Below are positions 48,285 through 63,027 of a stretch of DNA of 64,000 nucleotides, one piece after another (the stretch's first letter is position 1; each line of letters starts with the position of its first letter). The stretch is from positions 33,790,001 through 33,854,000 of the forward strand of contig NC_090351.1 of the NCBI RefSeq assembly GCF_035084215.1, read 5' to 3'. This DNA is from Heptranchias perlo (taxonomy: Eukaryota). The notes beneath the pieces are model-generated. The model did not search any database. It was not told the origin of the DNA and saw nothing but the letters and a program-made list of their open reading frames with translations. The translations under genes were made by a program, and so were the position numbers.

Positions 48285-51200
48285 CTGTGGGAAAGAAACA
48301 AACATTCAGACACTGACTGACTCTGCTTCTTGCACTGGATCCAAACTATCCCTGATCTTTAATGGGATGAGAGAGATCAAATAGCCTTCAAAAGCACCTG
48401 AAAGAAGAGGAACAATTGTGCAAGTTTTTGCTTTTTTTGAAAAACAGCAGCATAATTGATCCAGATGGAAATAATCTTCTCATCATTTTTGCTTTGATGA
48501 AAACCATCATGAATTTGCCAGGTTGGAGCAGTCTATGGGGTAGAAATTGGGATGTGTTTTGTTCCAATTCCGGGCGTAAAATGGTGCAACGTATACCAAT
48601 TGCTGGGCGTGAAGTCCTGTGCCTGATTTGCATTGGGGCATGCCCACTGCCCTATTGGTTGACACTATTTTTAGGCGTCCCTAGTGGTCGCCTGAAAGCA
48701 GCGTTGCATTAATTTAAATATGCAAATAAGGGTCCTGGGCATGTTTTAGGAACCTTCTGCAAAATTTTTGAGAAACTAGGCGGAGCATACACCGTGAATG
48801 TTCTGACGAGCTTACCCAGCTCTACAGCGGCCTAACCAGAGTTCCTTAAAGAGACCCGTGGAGATCACTGAAGAATCGCGACTGCGCTCGGTCCCCCATC
48901 GTTTTCCACCGGTGTCCAAGCAGGACGTTCCTGAGGGCCGCTGGTGAATAGACAGCAGGCTCAAATTTGATCCCCAATGTTGGAAGTAGCCAGCAGCTCG
49001 CCTCTATTATCAAAATGAGGCCAATTTCAGATGAGCCTCAGGCCTCTGGCTTCTTGGGGCGCGCTTTCAGCCTGTCGCTTATTTTGGGTCCAGAAATGAG
49101 CCCAAAAGAATTTCCAACCCTATTGTTTTCAGGTGGGGGTTTGGTCGAATGTTGAATGCATTTCCAGGAATGGCCTGGCCCAGGTCCACTTTGTACCAGA
49201 ACTCCCTAATATGGGAATTCTGCAACCAACATCGAAAAATCAAATGCTTTCCAATTTTCATTTTACTTCTGAGACAAAACCAGAATAAGCTTTCCTGTAA
49301 CTCAGCCAGGCCCTGCCATTTTGGAACCTCACCAGCACATCTACATCTCCATGTCTCTCCATCCTGCGAGCAGCCTGAACTAACATGTCTAATATCAGAA
49401 CAGAGCAGGGCTCCAGATCAGGAGAGCAGCAATGATACTGGGGATGTGTCAATTTGAAAATCAGGGCTAACAATTTCTCTCAGTGGTAGGTTACCAGCCT
49501 CCAATGCTGTTTAATTGTTTGACACTCGAACATGAGCTAGTTGGAGAAAGTCTGAGAAACCACAGCAGAATATGAATGCAAAAAACTGGAGATTTCTACA
49601 CATGTTCTGTGGCTTTAGACAGGGAGAGTAATTGTGATTGGTTTCAGCGAACTGCAGCTGAAAAGGAACCCTTTATCTCAGTTTTATGGGAGTAGCCAAA
49701 GCACAAAGGTGACCAGCTTGACACTTTCAATGAGAATTGTCAGGTCTTCAGTGCTGTTGCGGCCACACCCTGTTTTCAGAAACTGATTAGGACAAAATTT
49801 GCTTTGTGACTGAACAGTCTCTCTTTGAAATGTTACTGCTTGCCGACCTGTCCCTCAGCACTTCCCGACTCACCCACCCAGATCCATTGAAAAATCAATA
49901 GGAGGTGTAGAGGAGGTAGAAGATTGTATTTAGTATTTGATCCTTCAGGAGGTTTGCTTGGGAGGAAGATAATGGGCCATAATTTGCTGTGGCAGAGCAT
50001 CCAACGGTGTCTGCCGTTAGTTAGACTTGCCCTTGCTCGTTTAGGTTTCAAATTGTTTGCGGGTAAGTTACTGAAAGTGCGAGTTGATAACATCGCAGCG
50101 AGGGAAACAGGGCATCTGGGACCTGAGTGGACAGAGCAAGAAACCATGTATCTCCTTCACCAGTCAGATTCAAGGATTTTGAAATAATCAATGCAAGGAT
50201 TGAGAAGGAAGTGTAAATGAGAATGGATTGAATGTCCAATCAGGTACAGAAAGAGAAACAAAGAGAGGGAAAGAAGGATTGGATGAAGAGAGAGAGAAAA
50301 AGGAAATGTACATTTTTAAAATCTCCAAATACAATTAAAACCTGAAGGATTGAAACTCCACACTTGTACGTTTTCAGTGCCAAAGAGGTTGCTTGGCAGT
50401 AAATAACACTTATCACGTTGTTAAAAGGGTACTCAGACTTGAAATGACTTGACTCAACTTACTGTGGAGAGTTTAATTTGCATCTACCGTGCAAATACAG
50501 CAACTTCATGCCGTTCAATGTATTTCAATGGTGCGGCAGACAGCAAGATGCCCTTTTTGTGAAGCTAAGGGCAGAATGGTGCAACTTGGACAGCAACTTT
50601 TGGATTTCTGTGTTTAACCAGGCATCTGCCCCTCGCCTGAATTTGCTGCACCATTTGCGTGTAAATAATGGCGATCGCCATTAGTCTCACCGCTATTTTG
50701 ACAGCAAAATCTGGCCCAACGTGACAACATGAATAAAGAGGCTTCTTTTACCATCAAGAGAGTGATCGAGCTTTTCAATTTTAAGTTTAGCTCGCTTGTA
50801 AAGTTGAACTGTATTGTGCTGACCTAAGTATCTGGTTGATTCTGTATGCCTCCCATCAGATCAGGAAACCTACAAAAATCTGTTACGCTCTTGTGGATTG
50901 ATTCCATTTTTAGTGTTTTCTAGGTATTTATCCCATTAAAGACTACTTGCTTCTTACTGCTTTTGTTATTGTCTTTCTATTAGTTTTTGGCCTGAATGTA
51001 AACATCTGACAGTGTGAAACTTGATACAGTTCAGAGACAGGAAGATGTGTTGAGCATCCATGTGAGGTCTGGTGTAATACACTGCAGTTAAAGTAACTGT
51101 TGGTCCCATAATACGTGAAATTTTTGGTTGGATAGTTGGACAGGCCACGAATTGCGTGTGAGCAACACGAGTCGTATTTCCAGACCTCTGCCCACTTCCT

Positions 51201-51318
51201 GGAAGACTCTGCACTGCTGCGGAGCCTCGGAAAATCAGTGCTGTATTTTTCTTCCCAGATGAAACATTGAACAGACATTTTAGTCGTGTATAATAAAGTA
51301 TATCACTGAGAAAAGTAC

Positions 51319-51642
51319 CGTAAGATATTTGTAGTCGTAAGTTAAACCTTGGATCGATGCCAGATTGTTCAATACCACAGCTGTACCATCCTGTATCTCC
51401 CGAGCGAAGAGCCTTCATAGTAACAACGAATATTCCTTCTCTCTTGTTATCTGTGATTGACATTCTTCCTCGCTGTCCATCTTGCTCACTTGTTTTTACT
51501 AAAACTGAACAACTACTAGTCCAGCCATGACACCAGTATTTCACATATGACCAGTACGTATGTTTGTCATAGTGACAGTCTATTGTGATCGCTCTTCCCA
51601 CAACTCCATTTACATTTTTTTTTGCCCACAATGCACCTGAAA
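51319..51642 (-). CDS. Receptor copy C, exon 2: V domain
   Basis: ORF 50966..51631, identical translation. Confidence 0.92.
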
Positions 51643-53730
51643 CTGAGAAGACAGCACTTCAGAAATTGAACAGGAAGTAACTGCTAAATACAAACAGATA
51701 CATTTTTATAAGAACTTCCACTGTGTACAGAAGAATCTCTCCACTACGTCCATTAATACAGTTGAATTCCTTGTAGTTTGTGATGAAAGAAAGAACATTA
51801 ATTTCGTGCCTTATCACATCCTCACGATGTCCTAAAGCACTTCCCAGCCAGTGAATTACTTTTGAAGTGTCGTCACTATCTTTGAACAAGAACAGCAACA
51901 ACAGCTTGCATTTATATAGCACCGATAACATAGAAACTCAAGCTAAGACATAATCAAAATTAAATGGATACTGAGATAAGGCAGGAGATATTAGGAGAGG
52001 TGTGTAACAGCCTGGTCAAAGAGGTGGGTTTTAAGGAGGGTCTTAAAGGAGGAGAGGTGGAGGATTTCATACAGGGAATTTCACAATGTGGTGCCAAGTT
52101 GGTTGAAGGCAAACCCATTCCCACTAATGGTGGGGCAAAGGTAGGGATCGATGCACAAAAGATCACAGTCAGCGGAAGGGAGATTTCGTGAGGGAGTTGG
52201 TGAGTAGGGCTGAAGGAGGTTACTCAAATAGTGAGGGGCCATTTCATGAAGGAATTTAAACACAAGGATGAAAGTTTGAAGTTTTGAGAGACCGAAAGCC
52301 AATGTAGGTCAGCAAGGACAGGGGTGATAGATGAGCGGGACCTGATAGCAGAATTTTGGATGCGTTGATGTTTATGGTGGGTGCAAGAGGGGAGGCAGGC
52401 CAGGAGAACATTGGAATAGTTCAATCTGGAGGCAACAAAGACATGGATGTGGGTTTCAGCAGCAGACGGGTGGAAGTAGGCAGACTTTGTAATGAACTTG
52501 ATATCTGCAGGAAAAGTGCTCCAGATTGTCTGTAAGATCAATGAGCAAGACCTCGAGGGTATTAATCACAGGATTATTCCCAGTGCCACATGGTAATCAG
52601 TATAAGAATAGTAAGATAAGAGAAGTAATTTTGTGACTGGAGAGATGGTTCAGAAGAAAAGGGTTCATATTCCTGGCACCTTGGGACCAGGTGTGGAAGA
52701 GGAGCATCCTGTAGAGGACGGGAGGAGTTTACTTGAACAGCACCAAGACCAATGGCCTTGCTGGGAGAGGAACTCATGCTGTGGGCAAAGAGTTTACTCC
52801 CAAATGGCAGGAGGGTGGTTAAAAATAAGCTGAAGAGGCACGAGGAAGAGGACGGAGGGCTGAGGATATAGGATAGATAAAAGAGGGAAATGGGGAGGGG
52901 AAAGAGATCAGATCAGAAAGAGGAAGGTTTGAAAAGAGAAAGATTGCCATAACAGAGGCGTGCTTCAGTTGAATGTTCAAAAAGTATTCTGCATAAAATT
53001 GGCAAGTTGAGGCACAAATATTTATGGGGAGGTTTGATATAATAGAATTAACAGACTCATGGCTTAGAGTAGGGTGAGACTGGGAGTTTAACATTGCTGG
53101 TTACAAAATAGATTAGTCCAAAATGGTGGCGGGGAGGCAGTATTAATCAGAAATTCCATTACAGCATTAAATCATAAAGATGATATGGGGCTGAATCTAC
53201 TTGGTTAGAGTTAAAGAAGAAGAAGAAAACGGTTCCTTATTAGGAGAGTAATATCGACCAAACAGTGGGCGTCCTCTCCCAGTGAGGAACAGTTTCACTG
53301 ACAGAGCCTCGTTAAACAATATTTCATCGGCTGTACTTTAAATAACGAAAACAGTTGCAAATTTGTGACATTTTCTATTTGAGGGATTATTACCACTGCA
53401 GTCTTCAGTGTATATTGGCCTTCAGACTACATTATAAAAGTCACTTTTTTACGGATTAAAACTGGTTGCCTTTGCATTTTGATTGTTGCTTTTGCAGCTT
53501 TTAAAAAAATGAAATGGAACCTTTATTTTCCACTCACAATTAAGAATGCATTTTCGTCTGGCAAATAATACAGTGAAAAAGAGATACAAGACTATATGCA
53601 AATGTACTTCTGCTGAGTATTTTGTGCCTTTACATTTCTCCAAATATTTAAACATCTCTGCTGTTTAAACCATACACGAGACTTAAACTAACACTGATTA
53701 TCTGAATATCCAGCTCTGGCGGTCACTCAC

Positions 53731-53767
53731 CGGGCAGGGAACAAATGAGAAGAATCAGAATCCGCAT
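53731..53767 (-). CDS. Receptor copy C (45149-53767), exon 1: signal peptide
   Basis: Same as 3244-3280 at +50487. Confidence 0.85.
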
Positions 53768-55883
53768 TGTTTTATTCACAAAGAAGAGATCAGCACTTGT
53801 CGTCAGTCACCCAGCTCTTCGTTCTCATATCTAAATAAATATCTTCATGATGCGAGGAATTTAAATGAGGAAGAAAGTAGCAGGAAGCCAGATCGTGAAA
53901 CCGCAGGAAGCCAGCCGATGAAATGTTACCCCTGAGAACTTGAAATATTGTCAGTTATATTTAACAAACAAAACTAAACTAATTTTCATCAATGAATAGA
54001 AAATTGTGAAAACAGGAATGTGAAAATGTTAACAGGAATGGAGAATGGCGACCCAAGCAAAGTATTTATGCTGAATTGTGAGGTGACATCCAGAACACAA
54101 GTGAGAAAAAAACCTCAGACAAGTGTTGAGATTGGCAGGAAGATTCAATCCCCTCTCCTTCCCACAGTGTACTGTGTATGGAAACTAGTTTCACAGATAA
54201 AACAGTTAATGCTGTGCTTATTAACAGCATGAAGAATGTCTGGCCACATAGTCGGAAATCCCTTAAAGTCACATGTTAAGTGTCAGAATCATACCAACAA
54301 CAACAACAACTTGCATTTATATAGCACCTTTAACACAATAAAATGTTTCACGGTGCTTCACAGGAGCGATTGTCATGCAAAATTTGGCACCAAGACACAT
54401 AAGTCGATATTAGGACATGTGACTAAAAGCTTGGTCAAAGAGGTAGGTTTTAAGGAGCATCTTAAAGGAGGAGAGAGAGATAGAGAGGGGGAGAGGTTTA
54501 GGGAGGGAATTCCAGAGCTTAGGGCCAATGCAGCTGAGGGTACGGCCAGCAATGGTGGAGCGATTAAAATGGGGGATGCGCTAGAGTCAAGAATTGGAGG
54601 AGCGCAGAGATGGTGGTGGTGAGGTAGAGCTGGGTGTGATCAGCGTACATGTGGAATCTGACGATGTGTTTTCAGATGATGTCACCGAGGGGCAGCATGT
54701 AGATGAGAAATAGGTGGGTCCAAGGATAGATCCTTGTGGGACTCCAGAGGTAACATCGGGCACACTACCCATGATTTCCTGTTTGTTAACGTTAATGGAT
54801 GGTGACATGGACTCTGGGACATTTCCAGCCACCATGTTCTTTCACATGGGTGTCGGGTTGTGGTACATTGTCCTAGTGTGCAGCACCACACAGTAATGCA
54901 CACAGTTCCACATCCACTGTTCGGGGTGAATTTTAACCTCAGGAACGGGTGGTTTGGGCGTGGTTGGGAAGGTAACAATTGTAAAAATGTAAAGCCCGAC
55001 CCCAACCTGCCCACTTCCGGTTATAACGGAGGCGGTTCGAGGGGTGGGCGACCAACCCGTTCTCAGGAGACGGGTCGGTCAGTGAAAGCTTTTAAGGAGG
55101 CTGCGGGCGTCCATTTTGAAAGATTTTTTATTTTCAACTCCTGGGGGCCGGGATTACCGGGCCTTCTGCTTCAGGCCACGTGAGAGGAGGCAAGAAGGCC
55201 TGGATCAGCAGTGAAGTGCTTTTATTGCATTGCTTGTGGGCCAGGAGGAGCAGGACTGCTTCCCCCAACAAGCTCACCTGCCGCGATCGCACACATGCGG
55301 TCTCTGACACCCCCCCCAACTATCACCGAACCCCTCCCCCATGATCTCCGACACCCACCCCCCGAATGCCGCCCCCACCACGATTTCGAACCCCCCAATA
55401 TCTGACCACCCATGCCTGAGCCCCTGATGAACCTCCCAATGATCACAGACTCTAATGAGCCCCCCTGATGACCGACCCCCACCAATGGCCGAGCCTCTGA
55501 TGACCCTGACCCCGAACCCCCTGATGACATCGATGAGCAACTACCCCCGCCGGCCCCCATTTAATACTTTTGTGCTGGCATCTGCTACCCCGCTGCTCCC
55601 CTGTCCGACTGATAGCCAGCTTGTCAATCCAGCTGGACTGTCGGGCAGAAAACCTGCAGAAAAAGAATGAAATACTTCCTTTCGTCAAAATCGTAAGGAC
55701 GTCTGGGAAACCCGGACTTCTAGGTTTCCAGTCAGGATTTCTGACCCCCCTCCCATGACCTGGCTCCCTGGTAAAATTTTACTCCCTCGTCTCCAAAAGA
55801 TAAGACTCTTCCCCATTGGCAGGGAAAGAAAATTAAAAGCAATTGTATCCTTGAACATTTTTAAGTCGCTCTTTGGATACAAA

Positions 55884-57934
55884 GGGCCCGAATTTAGCAG
55901 GCCTGCGGGTTCCCAGCGGGTGGTCCTCCGGGAGCGTGGTCAACACGCTCGGTGAAATTAGTGGGTTGCCCGCGCGATCGTAGCAGGCAACCCACTAATA
56001 GGAATCAATTACCTGCTCCTCCGGGGTCCACGGCGCTGGCCTGCGCGTCGGTCGGGCTGCGCATGCGCAGTACGATCTGTCAGCTGGAGGCTCTCTAGTT
56101 AAAGGGGCAGTCCTCCACTGACAGATGCTGCAACCAATGGGACAAATTGCAGCATGGAGCAGCCCAGGGGGAAGGCTGCTCCCAGTTTAATGATGCCTCA
56201 CCCCAGCTATCATCAGATGGGGTGAGGAGGAGGGGGAGGACACAGATCTTCCCCCCGGCGGGCGGGAGGAAGCGGCCTGCCTCTGCCACCAAGAAGGCCT
56301 GGCTCGAGGTGGCAGAGGGGGTCACCTGCGCCACCAACATATCGCCCACCTGCATACAGTGCAGGAGGCGCTGCAATGACCGCAGTAGGTCAGCCGCAGT
56401 GAGAACACGAAGTCTTTCCCCAACACTCCGTCTGCCACAACACTGCCCCCACCCCACATCTCCTTCGGCACCGCCAACACTATTCTGTCACATCACCCTT
56501 CATACCCACTCACACCCCATCCTCATCTTACCTCCACCTACTCACCTCGCCAGTACTCACCCTGCCACTAACACGCAACCCACTCCTCATACAATCTCAT
56601 TGCTCCATCCCATACTCACCGTCTCGTGCATCTCCCTCACGGCCAGCCTCACTCAACCTGCCACCACCTGTGCTGCAGCCACAGGGCATGCATCACATAT
56701 GTGCAGTCGGCAGCGTAAGGCAAACGTCTCGTCAGCATGAAGGGGGTGCACAAGGGTGTCTGAGGGTTTGTCATGGGTGTTACCCATATTGAATTTCAGA
56801 GCAACAAACAGCACACATTATATTGACACCACCACTGCCATGTCTCCGCGAATCCTGTCCGTTGTGACCAATAATGCCCGCTCCTGGGTATCACTATGAG
56901 GACCCACCACTGATGCCACCCATCGTGTTACTACAGAGTAGGTGCAGGTGTATTTGCAGGGCTCGTCCGCGCAGACGACTGAGAGACATCGGCGGTGTAG
57001 CCGGCTGCACCCTGGAAGGATGAGGAGGAGAAGGTGTGGAGGGCAGTGGTGACTTTGCCAGCGACAGGTAAGCAGTTGGTGCTGGGGCCAGCCAGGAGCA
57101 GCTCGGCATGAAAGAGGCTGCAGATCTCCACGACTACATGTCGAGCGAGTCTGCGCCTCCCTGTGCACTGCTGCTCGGAGAGGTCCGGGGAGCTGCGCCT
57201 CGGTCTGTGGACCCTGTGGCGAGGGTAGTGCCCTCTGCGACGCGTCTCTCTCTGCGGTAGCCCTCCCTCCTGCTGTGCAGGTGGGCGTGCAACAACACCG
57301 TGTTGGGGGGATCCACGTCCCTGCGGCGGACGGCGTGGACTGCGAGGCTGCTGGGGCTGGTCATGCTCTTCGTCCTCCGAGGGTCTCCACACACCACCCA
57401 ACTGGCAGGTGTTGGTCTGAGGGGTTGTGCAGGGTAGGTGTGTGGTTCCTCGGACTGGGGCTGCGGTTTCGTGTCGGTCTGTCCTCTGGCTTGGCGGGGG
57501 GTGGTGGAGGGCAGGGCTTGCCCTATGTGACGCGGTGGCCTCCTGCGTGGGTGAGGGCTCTCCCCCGTGGAGCGCACCTTGGCACCTGCCACAGGCTGCT
57601 GGCTGCAACACGCCTGGTTGGAGGGAGACTGTTTCCCCCAGTGTGGGAAACTCACTGCCTTGAACCTAAAATCCCACACTTCCTCTTTTGACAGCTGCTT
57701 CAGCTCATTAACTGACCACAACGAGCAAGGTAAGTACTCTCAAGTGGAACCCCGCTGGCTTTAATTGCCTGCGGGATTCCCACCAGCGGGGCTTGCGCGC
57801 GCAGCCCCGCACGTCAGCGCGGTACCCGGAAGTGGCCGGGATTTCGTCGCGATCCGGTCACGTGACCGGAGATCGGGATTTTCGGGGCCACCCCGCTGTG
57901 AACCCGCCGGAAACACGCTCCTAAAATCGAGCCC
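55884..57934. mobile_element. Harbinger element, unit 4 copy (recombinant)
   Basis: Same TIRs/TSD; left half unit-1 alleles, right half unit-3 alleles. Confidence 0.88.
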
Positions 57935-60900
57935 AAAGTGTCTTCGGGAGACTGGGATCAGCTGGGTGGCTGCTGTAGATTCCACTGAAGCTGGCACATG
58001 CTCCATTGGTGGCTGAAATGAAGAAAAAGCTTCCCCGATGTTGCTGCAGATGAGAACTGTAAACTCAAGTGTCACAGTTGTCAGTTGATCCACATCCTCG
58101 GACCCTGACCTCAGAGCCTGCATGTCGGTGTGATGTTCCTCAAACATCCTGCTTTTCAGGAAAGTATCCATGAGTTCGGGCTCTCAGGACTCCAAAGGCA
58201 AAGGCAGCCTTCTCATCGGCCTCCACATGGACGGTGGCACATTGTTACCTACTTCTCACACCTCCAGCCCCCTTGTGCTCTGTGAATCACCACACCCTCA
58301 CAAAACACTATCTAATTTTCCTCGGGTGAATGTACCTGAGCTGGTGCCTGGGATTTAAGAAGAAGGTGACAATGGTGATGAGTTGAAAGGTGTTGGGACA
58401 GAGGAACAAGGGCCATAAGGTGTCTGCAGGAAATCATGGGTTGGCTTCATCACCATCCTGGTCTACTGGTGGGCCAAGGAGACAGAGAAAGCAGTGGACG
58501 CTTGTTGGCGTGTGACACATCATAGAGATGCCAGGGCAATGGTGTTATGTTGGCAATGTGCCCAGACCTCCACATCTCCCATGGCACGAGGAGAGTGATT
58601 CCCCATGAGTTCCATGGCCTCCTCCTCGTAGGACAAGTGTTCTAAAGTTAAGGATGGCACCCCCGCTGGGCATTGTGCACTGCTTTCTCCTGCAAGAGGA
58701 TGGAATAAATTAGGGGAAGGCCAGCAGCAGAGAGATGTGTGCCAAGTGTCTGAACCAGTTTGTGGGAGTTAAGAAGCAAGTGGGAGTTAAGGGAGTTGGG
58801 CAGGAGGTCTCTGCAGGGACTCATGGGTGTGCTTGAGTCTGGCTTCATCTCCTTTCCGCCCCCTGCCATGGCAGAGTTGAAGTAAGAGCTGGAGCCTGTT
58901 AGTGTTGACAAAGGGTTTTTAGGATTGTGCATGCAAGTAATTCCCTTTCGGGGAGATGGGTCGCCATAATGTTAGATCCCAAGCTGGGAGCCCCTTAACC
59001 AGAGTGCATTGTGAAGGGTTAGTTGTGTTGCTGCTACTTTTAGATGGTGAAGAGTGTGCTGATGCCAGGGATATAAAGGGAGTGTGGCCAGTGTATTACT
59101 TGCTGGCCCTGGTCAGGTCATTAAAGTTCTTTGGCTCTTGGGTGAGAGTTTTTAGTCACTGCGAGTGCCATTTCCCTTCGGCTGGCACAGGTGATATTTC
59201 TGGCACAACTCCCCTGCTTTTCTTCAAATAATACCATGGGTCTCATATCCTCGGCAGACTGGACCATGGCTTAAAAACCAATCCGAGAGGCAGCACCTCT
59301 GACAGTGCAGCACTCGCTCAGTACAGCATTAAAGTGTCAGGCTACATTATGTGCTCAAATCTCTGGAGTGGAGCCTGAGCTCACAACCTTCTGACTCAGA
59401 GGTGAGAGTGCTGCCACTGAGCCAAGGCTGAAGCTCGTCTCTGGACTGAGATTCCCCTCAGACCCGGCCGTATTTCCAGCACTTGGTTATTTTACACAGG
59501 GGAGGTCGACTCATTGGTCACCATCTGTCAGGAAGCACATCTTCACACAAAGACTGGTGGAAATCTGGAACTCTCTCCCCCAAAACGCTGTTGAGGCTGG
59601 GGGTCAGTTGAAAATTTCAAAACTGAGATTGATGAATTTTTGTTAGGTTCGGGCATTAAGGGATATGGAACCAAGGTGGGTAAATGGAGTTAAGATCAGC
59701 CCATGATCTAATTGAATGGCAGGGCAGGACGACTCCTGTTCCTATGTTCCGATGACTGACATTTCCCTCAGATCTAGCCGTATTTTCTGCACTGGGTTCT
59801 TATACATATGGGAGGCCAACTCCTTGGTCTCCACCTGATGGTCTGCGATTGATACCTTGCAGGCGTTTGGATCTTGCTGCGCAGGGAAATAGGTGGCCAG
59901 CAAGCTGTCTGATTCAAAAATATTTTCGTTTTCTTTAAAGCCTTCAAATTTTATTCGGGGCGCCTGTGCATGGCGGCACTCTGAGAGTTTTGTTGGCCCA
60001 GGGCCCCCTCCGCCGATACCTGAACGTGACACACGTTATTTGTCTGTCAGCTGAAGAGATAAGGAGGGTAAAATTCGTCATGGGCATTAGTGCAAAATGG
60101 ACACCAGCAAAACAGCAGCCCATTTTACACTCTGCACGATTTTCGTTTCCATCGTGGCCCAAGACGAATTTCACCTCGAATTTACACTGGAAATCTGTCT
60201 TATTTATTTGTGTACCTGATGGGTAAAAGTTTCATTGTTGACCCTGTAGCCCTCATCCCAAATTACTTTACCATAAGGTCATGTTTCAGTTCATTGGCAG
60301 CGTGTGCCTGAATCATAACAGGCATGAAATGCATGGAGGAAGTAGTGAATTTTTGAATCTTCTCCTGATCGATAATAAGTTTTTGGAAACTGAAAAATGA
60401 TGAGAGAATTCTGAAGAAATGCTGTAAATTTATTTTAAGTCTCTGCATTATTTTTGTCAGTGCCCAGCTAAGTAAATGTCTTGTCATGTACACCTGCATT
60501 CAGACCTGTTGTTCTGTTTCTTCTTCTCTCCCCTTAACCCTTCCTTTTCCCAGTTAAAATGCAAACTTGTCCCATTGATGTAATGAGACAGTTAGAGGAG
60601 CGGTAAAGGTGAGTTTTCTCACTTATAATTTACTCCTCATATCAATAGTTTTCATAACATTGAATGTCAGATGTCACAGATTTATTAAGTCTACACCTGC
60701 ATTTAAACATACACTTAACAGCAGTACTTACGACAAGAACCTTAAGAGTTAAGTCGGAGGACTCAAACGCGTTACAATTCCAACCTCAGTATGTTGGTTG
60801 CAGATCATAATCGAGTCCCGAGTATCTGTTCCAACACCTACTTTTTACACCTTTTTCTTACCCCCTCTACGAGACAGTCCACACGTTACTGTATTACCAA

Positions 60901-62074
60901 ATACAAGTCCATATAAGGTGAATATTAATGATCTGCTTCCTTTGTTCCTTATCAATAATTTTAGCTTTTATCCAGTTATTTTTCCATAGATTGGTACAAT
61001 TCCCCAACCTTTTTATCTTATCAAAGCTTCACTCTTGTTGCTAATCCATCAAGTGAAACTACTAATTTTAAATCTGGACCATGCCATACCAATCTCTTGC
61101 TTCTAAAAAGGATGATGTGTTTGCAGATATTTCCTTCTGCAGCAACTGATTAAAGTTCTCTGGAGTAAGCACTGGAATGTTTTTAATTAGGTTTATTCTC
61201 GAAACTGACCATTGCTTTAAGGTCAGTCTTAATTCAACAGTTCATTGGTCACTGCATCTAAATTGACTTACACTTCCTCACTCAACAGGCAAGAGCTAAA
61301 GGTTACTATTACTACAATATAAAGAGAAATCAGTAACAGCATAACATTGGCAGATTTCAGGACAATCTGATTAACATAAATTAATGAGGCCCCCCGCCTG
61401 CTTTAGTGAGGCAACTCATCCACATGCAGAATCTTGCAGGTTCAAATCTGAAATGGCACGAATAGGTCGGGACCTGAGGGGGAGGTTTCTAACGACCTAT
61501 CCGCTCGGTTAAAGTCAACCCCTCCGTTTTTTATAAAACACACTCAATATTAATTTTAACCCAATAAAGCTTTTGAAATTTATCCTCTTCTTCCTCAAAA
61601 TTATTTGAAGAAAAATGACTGAGCCGAAATGCTCGATGATTAAGAGAAATATTCCATTTGTACAGCTGACTGAATTGTCCTATTGCATCCTATGAAATTA
61701 GCTACACTATAACTACACTGCATCATATGACTACACTTCGGCAAATCCTTTACAAATGCAGACATATAATATGAAAAATTGACACAAAAAGTGTGACAAA
61801 AATTTTACAAAAGGAAGCCAGGTTGTGCAGACAGAAAGTGGCCACAGACATAAATTTTTAATACGATCGAGATAGATCGAAAGATAGCCACCAATTCGAA
61901 GCACGCAGCCATCATTTTAGTTTTGATTTTTTTCTCCACTAATTTAATAGTCAAGTTCATTTAATGACCAATTCCATTTTTATTGTACATTTGGTAAAAC
62001 GGGAAAGCTGGATGAACAATGAATATTTGATCAGGACACAAAATTCCATCAAGGTAGATGCAATCAGGAAATCT

Positions 62075-62122
62075 TCATCTTGCCACGTTGGCCGACCTGT
62101 GGTGATCTGATTCGTTGAGTAG
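62075..62122 (-). CDS. Receptor copy D, exon 6: cytoplasmic tail
   Basis: Copy of 11442-11489 at +50633. Confidence 0.65.
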   Translation of the reverse strand, partial: LLNESDHHRSANVAR

Positions 62123-63027
62123 CTGAAAGTGAAAATATTTAATGCATCAGATTCATTGATATTGAGAAGTGTGCGTTATTTTACATGTCAGTTCTGAACA
62201 GAATTCTATCTGAAACTGTTAACAAGTTGAGGAAAGGCCTGCGATAGACTGGAGCTGTGTTGAGATCACACTCCTCCCTCCCCCATCACCATTGCACGTG
62301 TGCTGGGAAAAGGTGTCAGTTGTGCCCCTTTTGCTGGAACACCATTTTCTCACATTCAACATGGGTTTTTCTGCAACCGTGACGGTGGACAGTTGACATC
62401 AGAAAACGGTTGACTTTATTAAATATATTTTAGATAGTCCAGTTGAGGTTCCCAGCAACAATAGAATTAGGTCTGTGTCTGAGCACCCTGGTGCTCGACT
62501 GGATAAACAAATCAGAATGGAATCTTTTCTTGACTGTATTAGTACAGCTTGGCTCAGTGGTAGCACTCTCATTTCAGATGTCAAAAGGTTGTGGGTTCAA
62601 GTCCCAGTCCAGGGACTTCAGCACATAATCTAGGCTGGCACTTCAGCACTGTGCTGAGGGAGTGCTCTATTGTCAGATGAAACGTTAATGGAGGGCCCCA
62701 TCTGTTTGTTCAGGTGGACAGAAAAGATTCCATGACACTATTTGAAGAAGAGCAAAGGAGTTCTCCCAATATTCTGGCCAAAACAGATTAACCGGTCATT
62801 TATCTCATCTGCTGTGTTTGGGACCTTTCTGTGTGCAAATTGTCTGCCACTTTTGTCTCCATAACAACAGTAACACTTCAAAAGTAACTCATTGGATGTA
62901 AAGAGATTGGGACATCTTGAAGATATAAAAGAGTCTATATAAACGCAGGTTCTTTCTTTATTATATCTGTGACAAATATTTTTGAAAGAATTTTTGGAGT
63001 GTTTCATACAAAGTCCTTAATCCTTAC

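Larger units (their letters stand above)
33561..50487. repeat. Tandem duplication unit 3 (16,927 bp), diverged 'beta' haplotype
   Basis: Offset to unit 1 grows from +33560 to +33707 through several indels (largest ~123 bp near 42715-42837); dense SNP blocks at ~41000-44850 and ~48380-50480. Confidence 0.97.
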
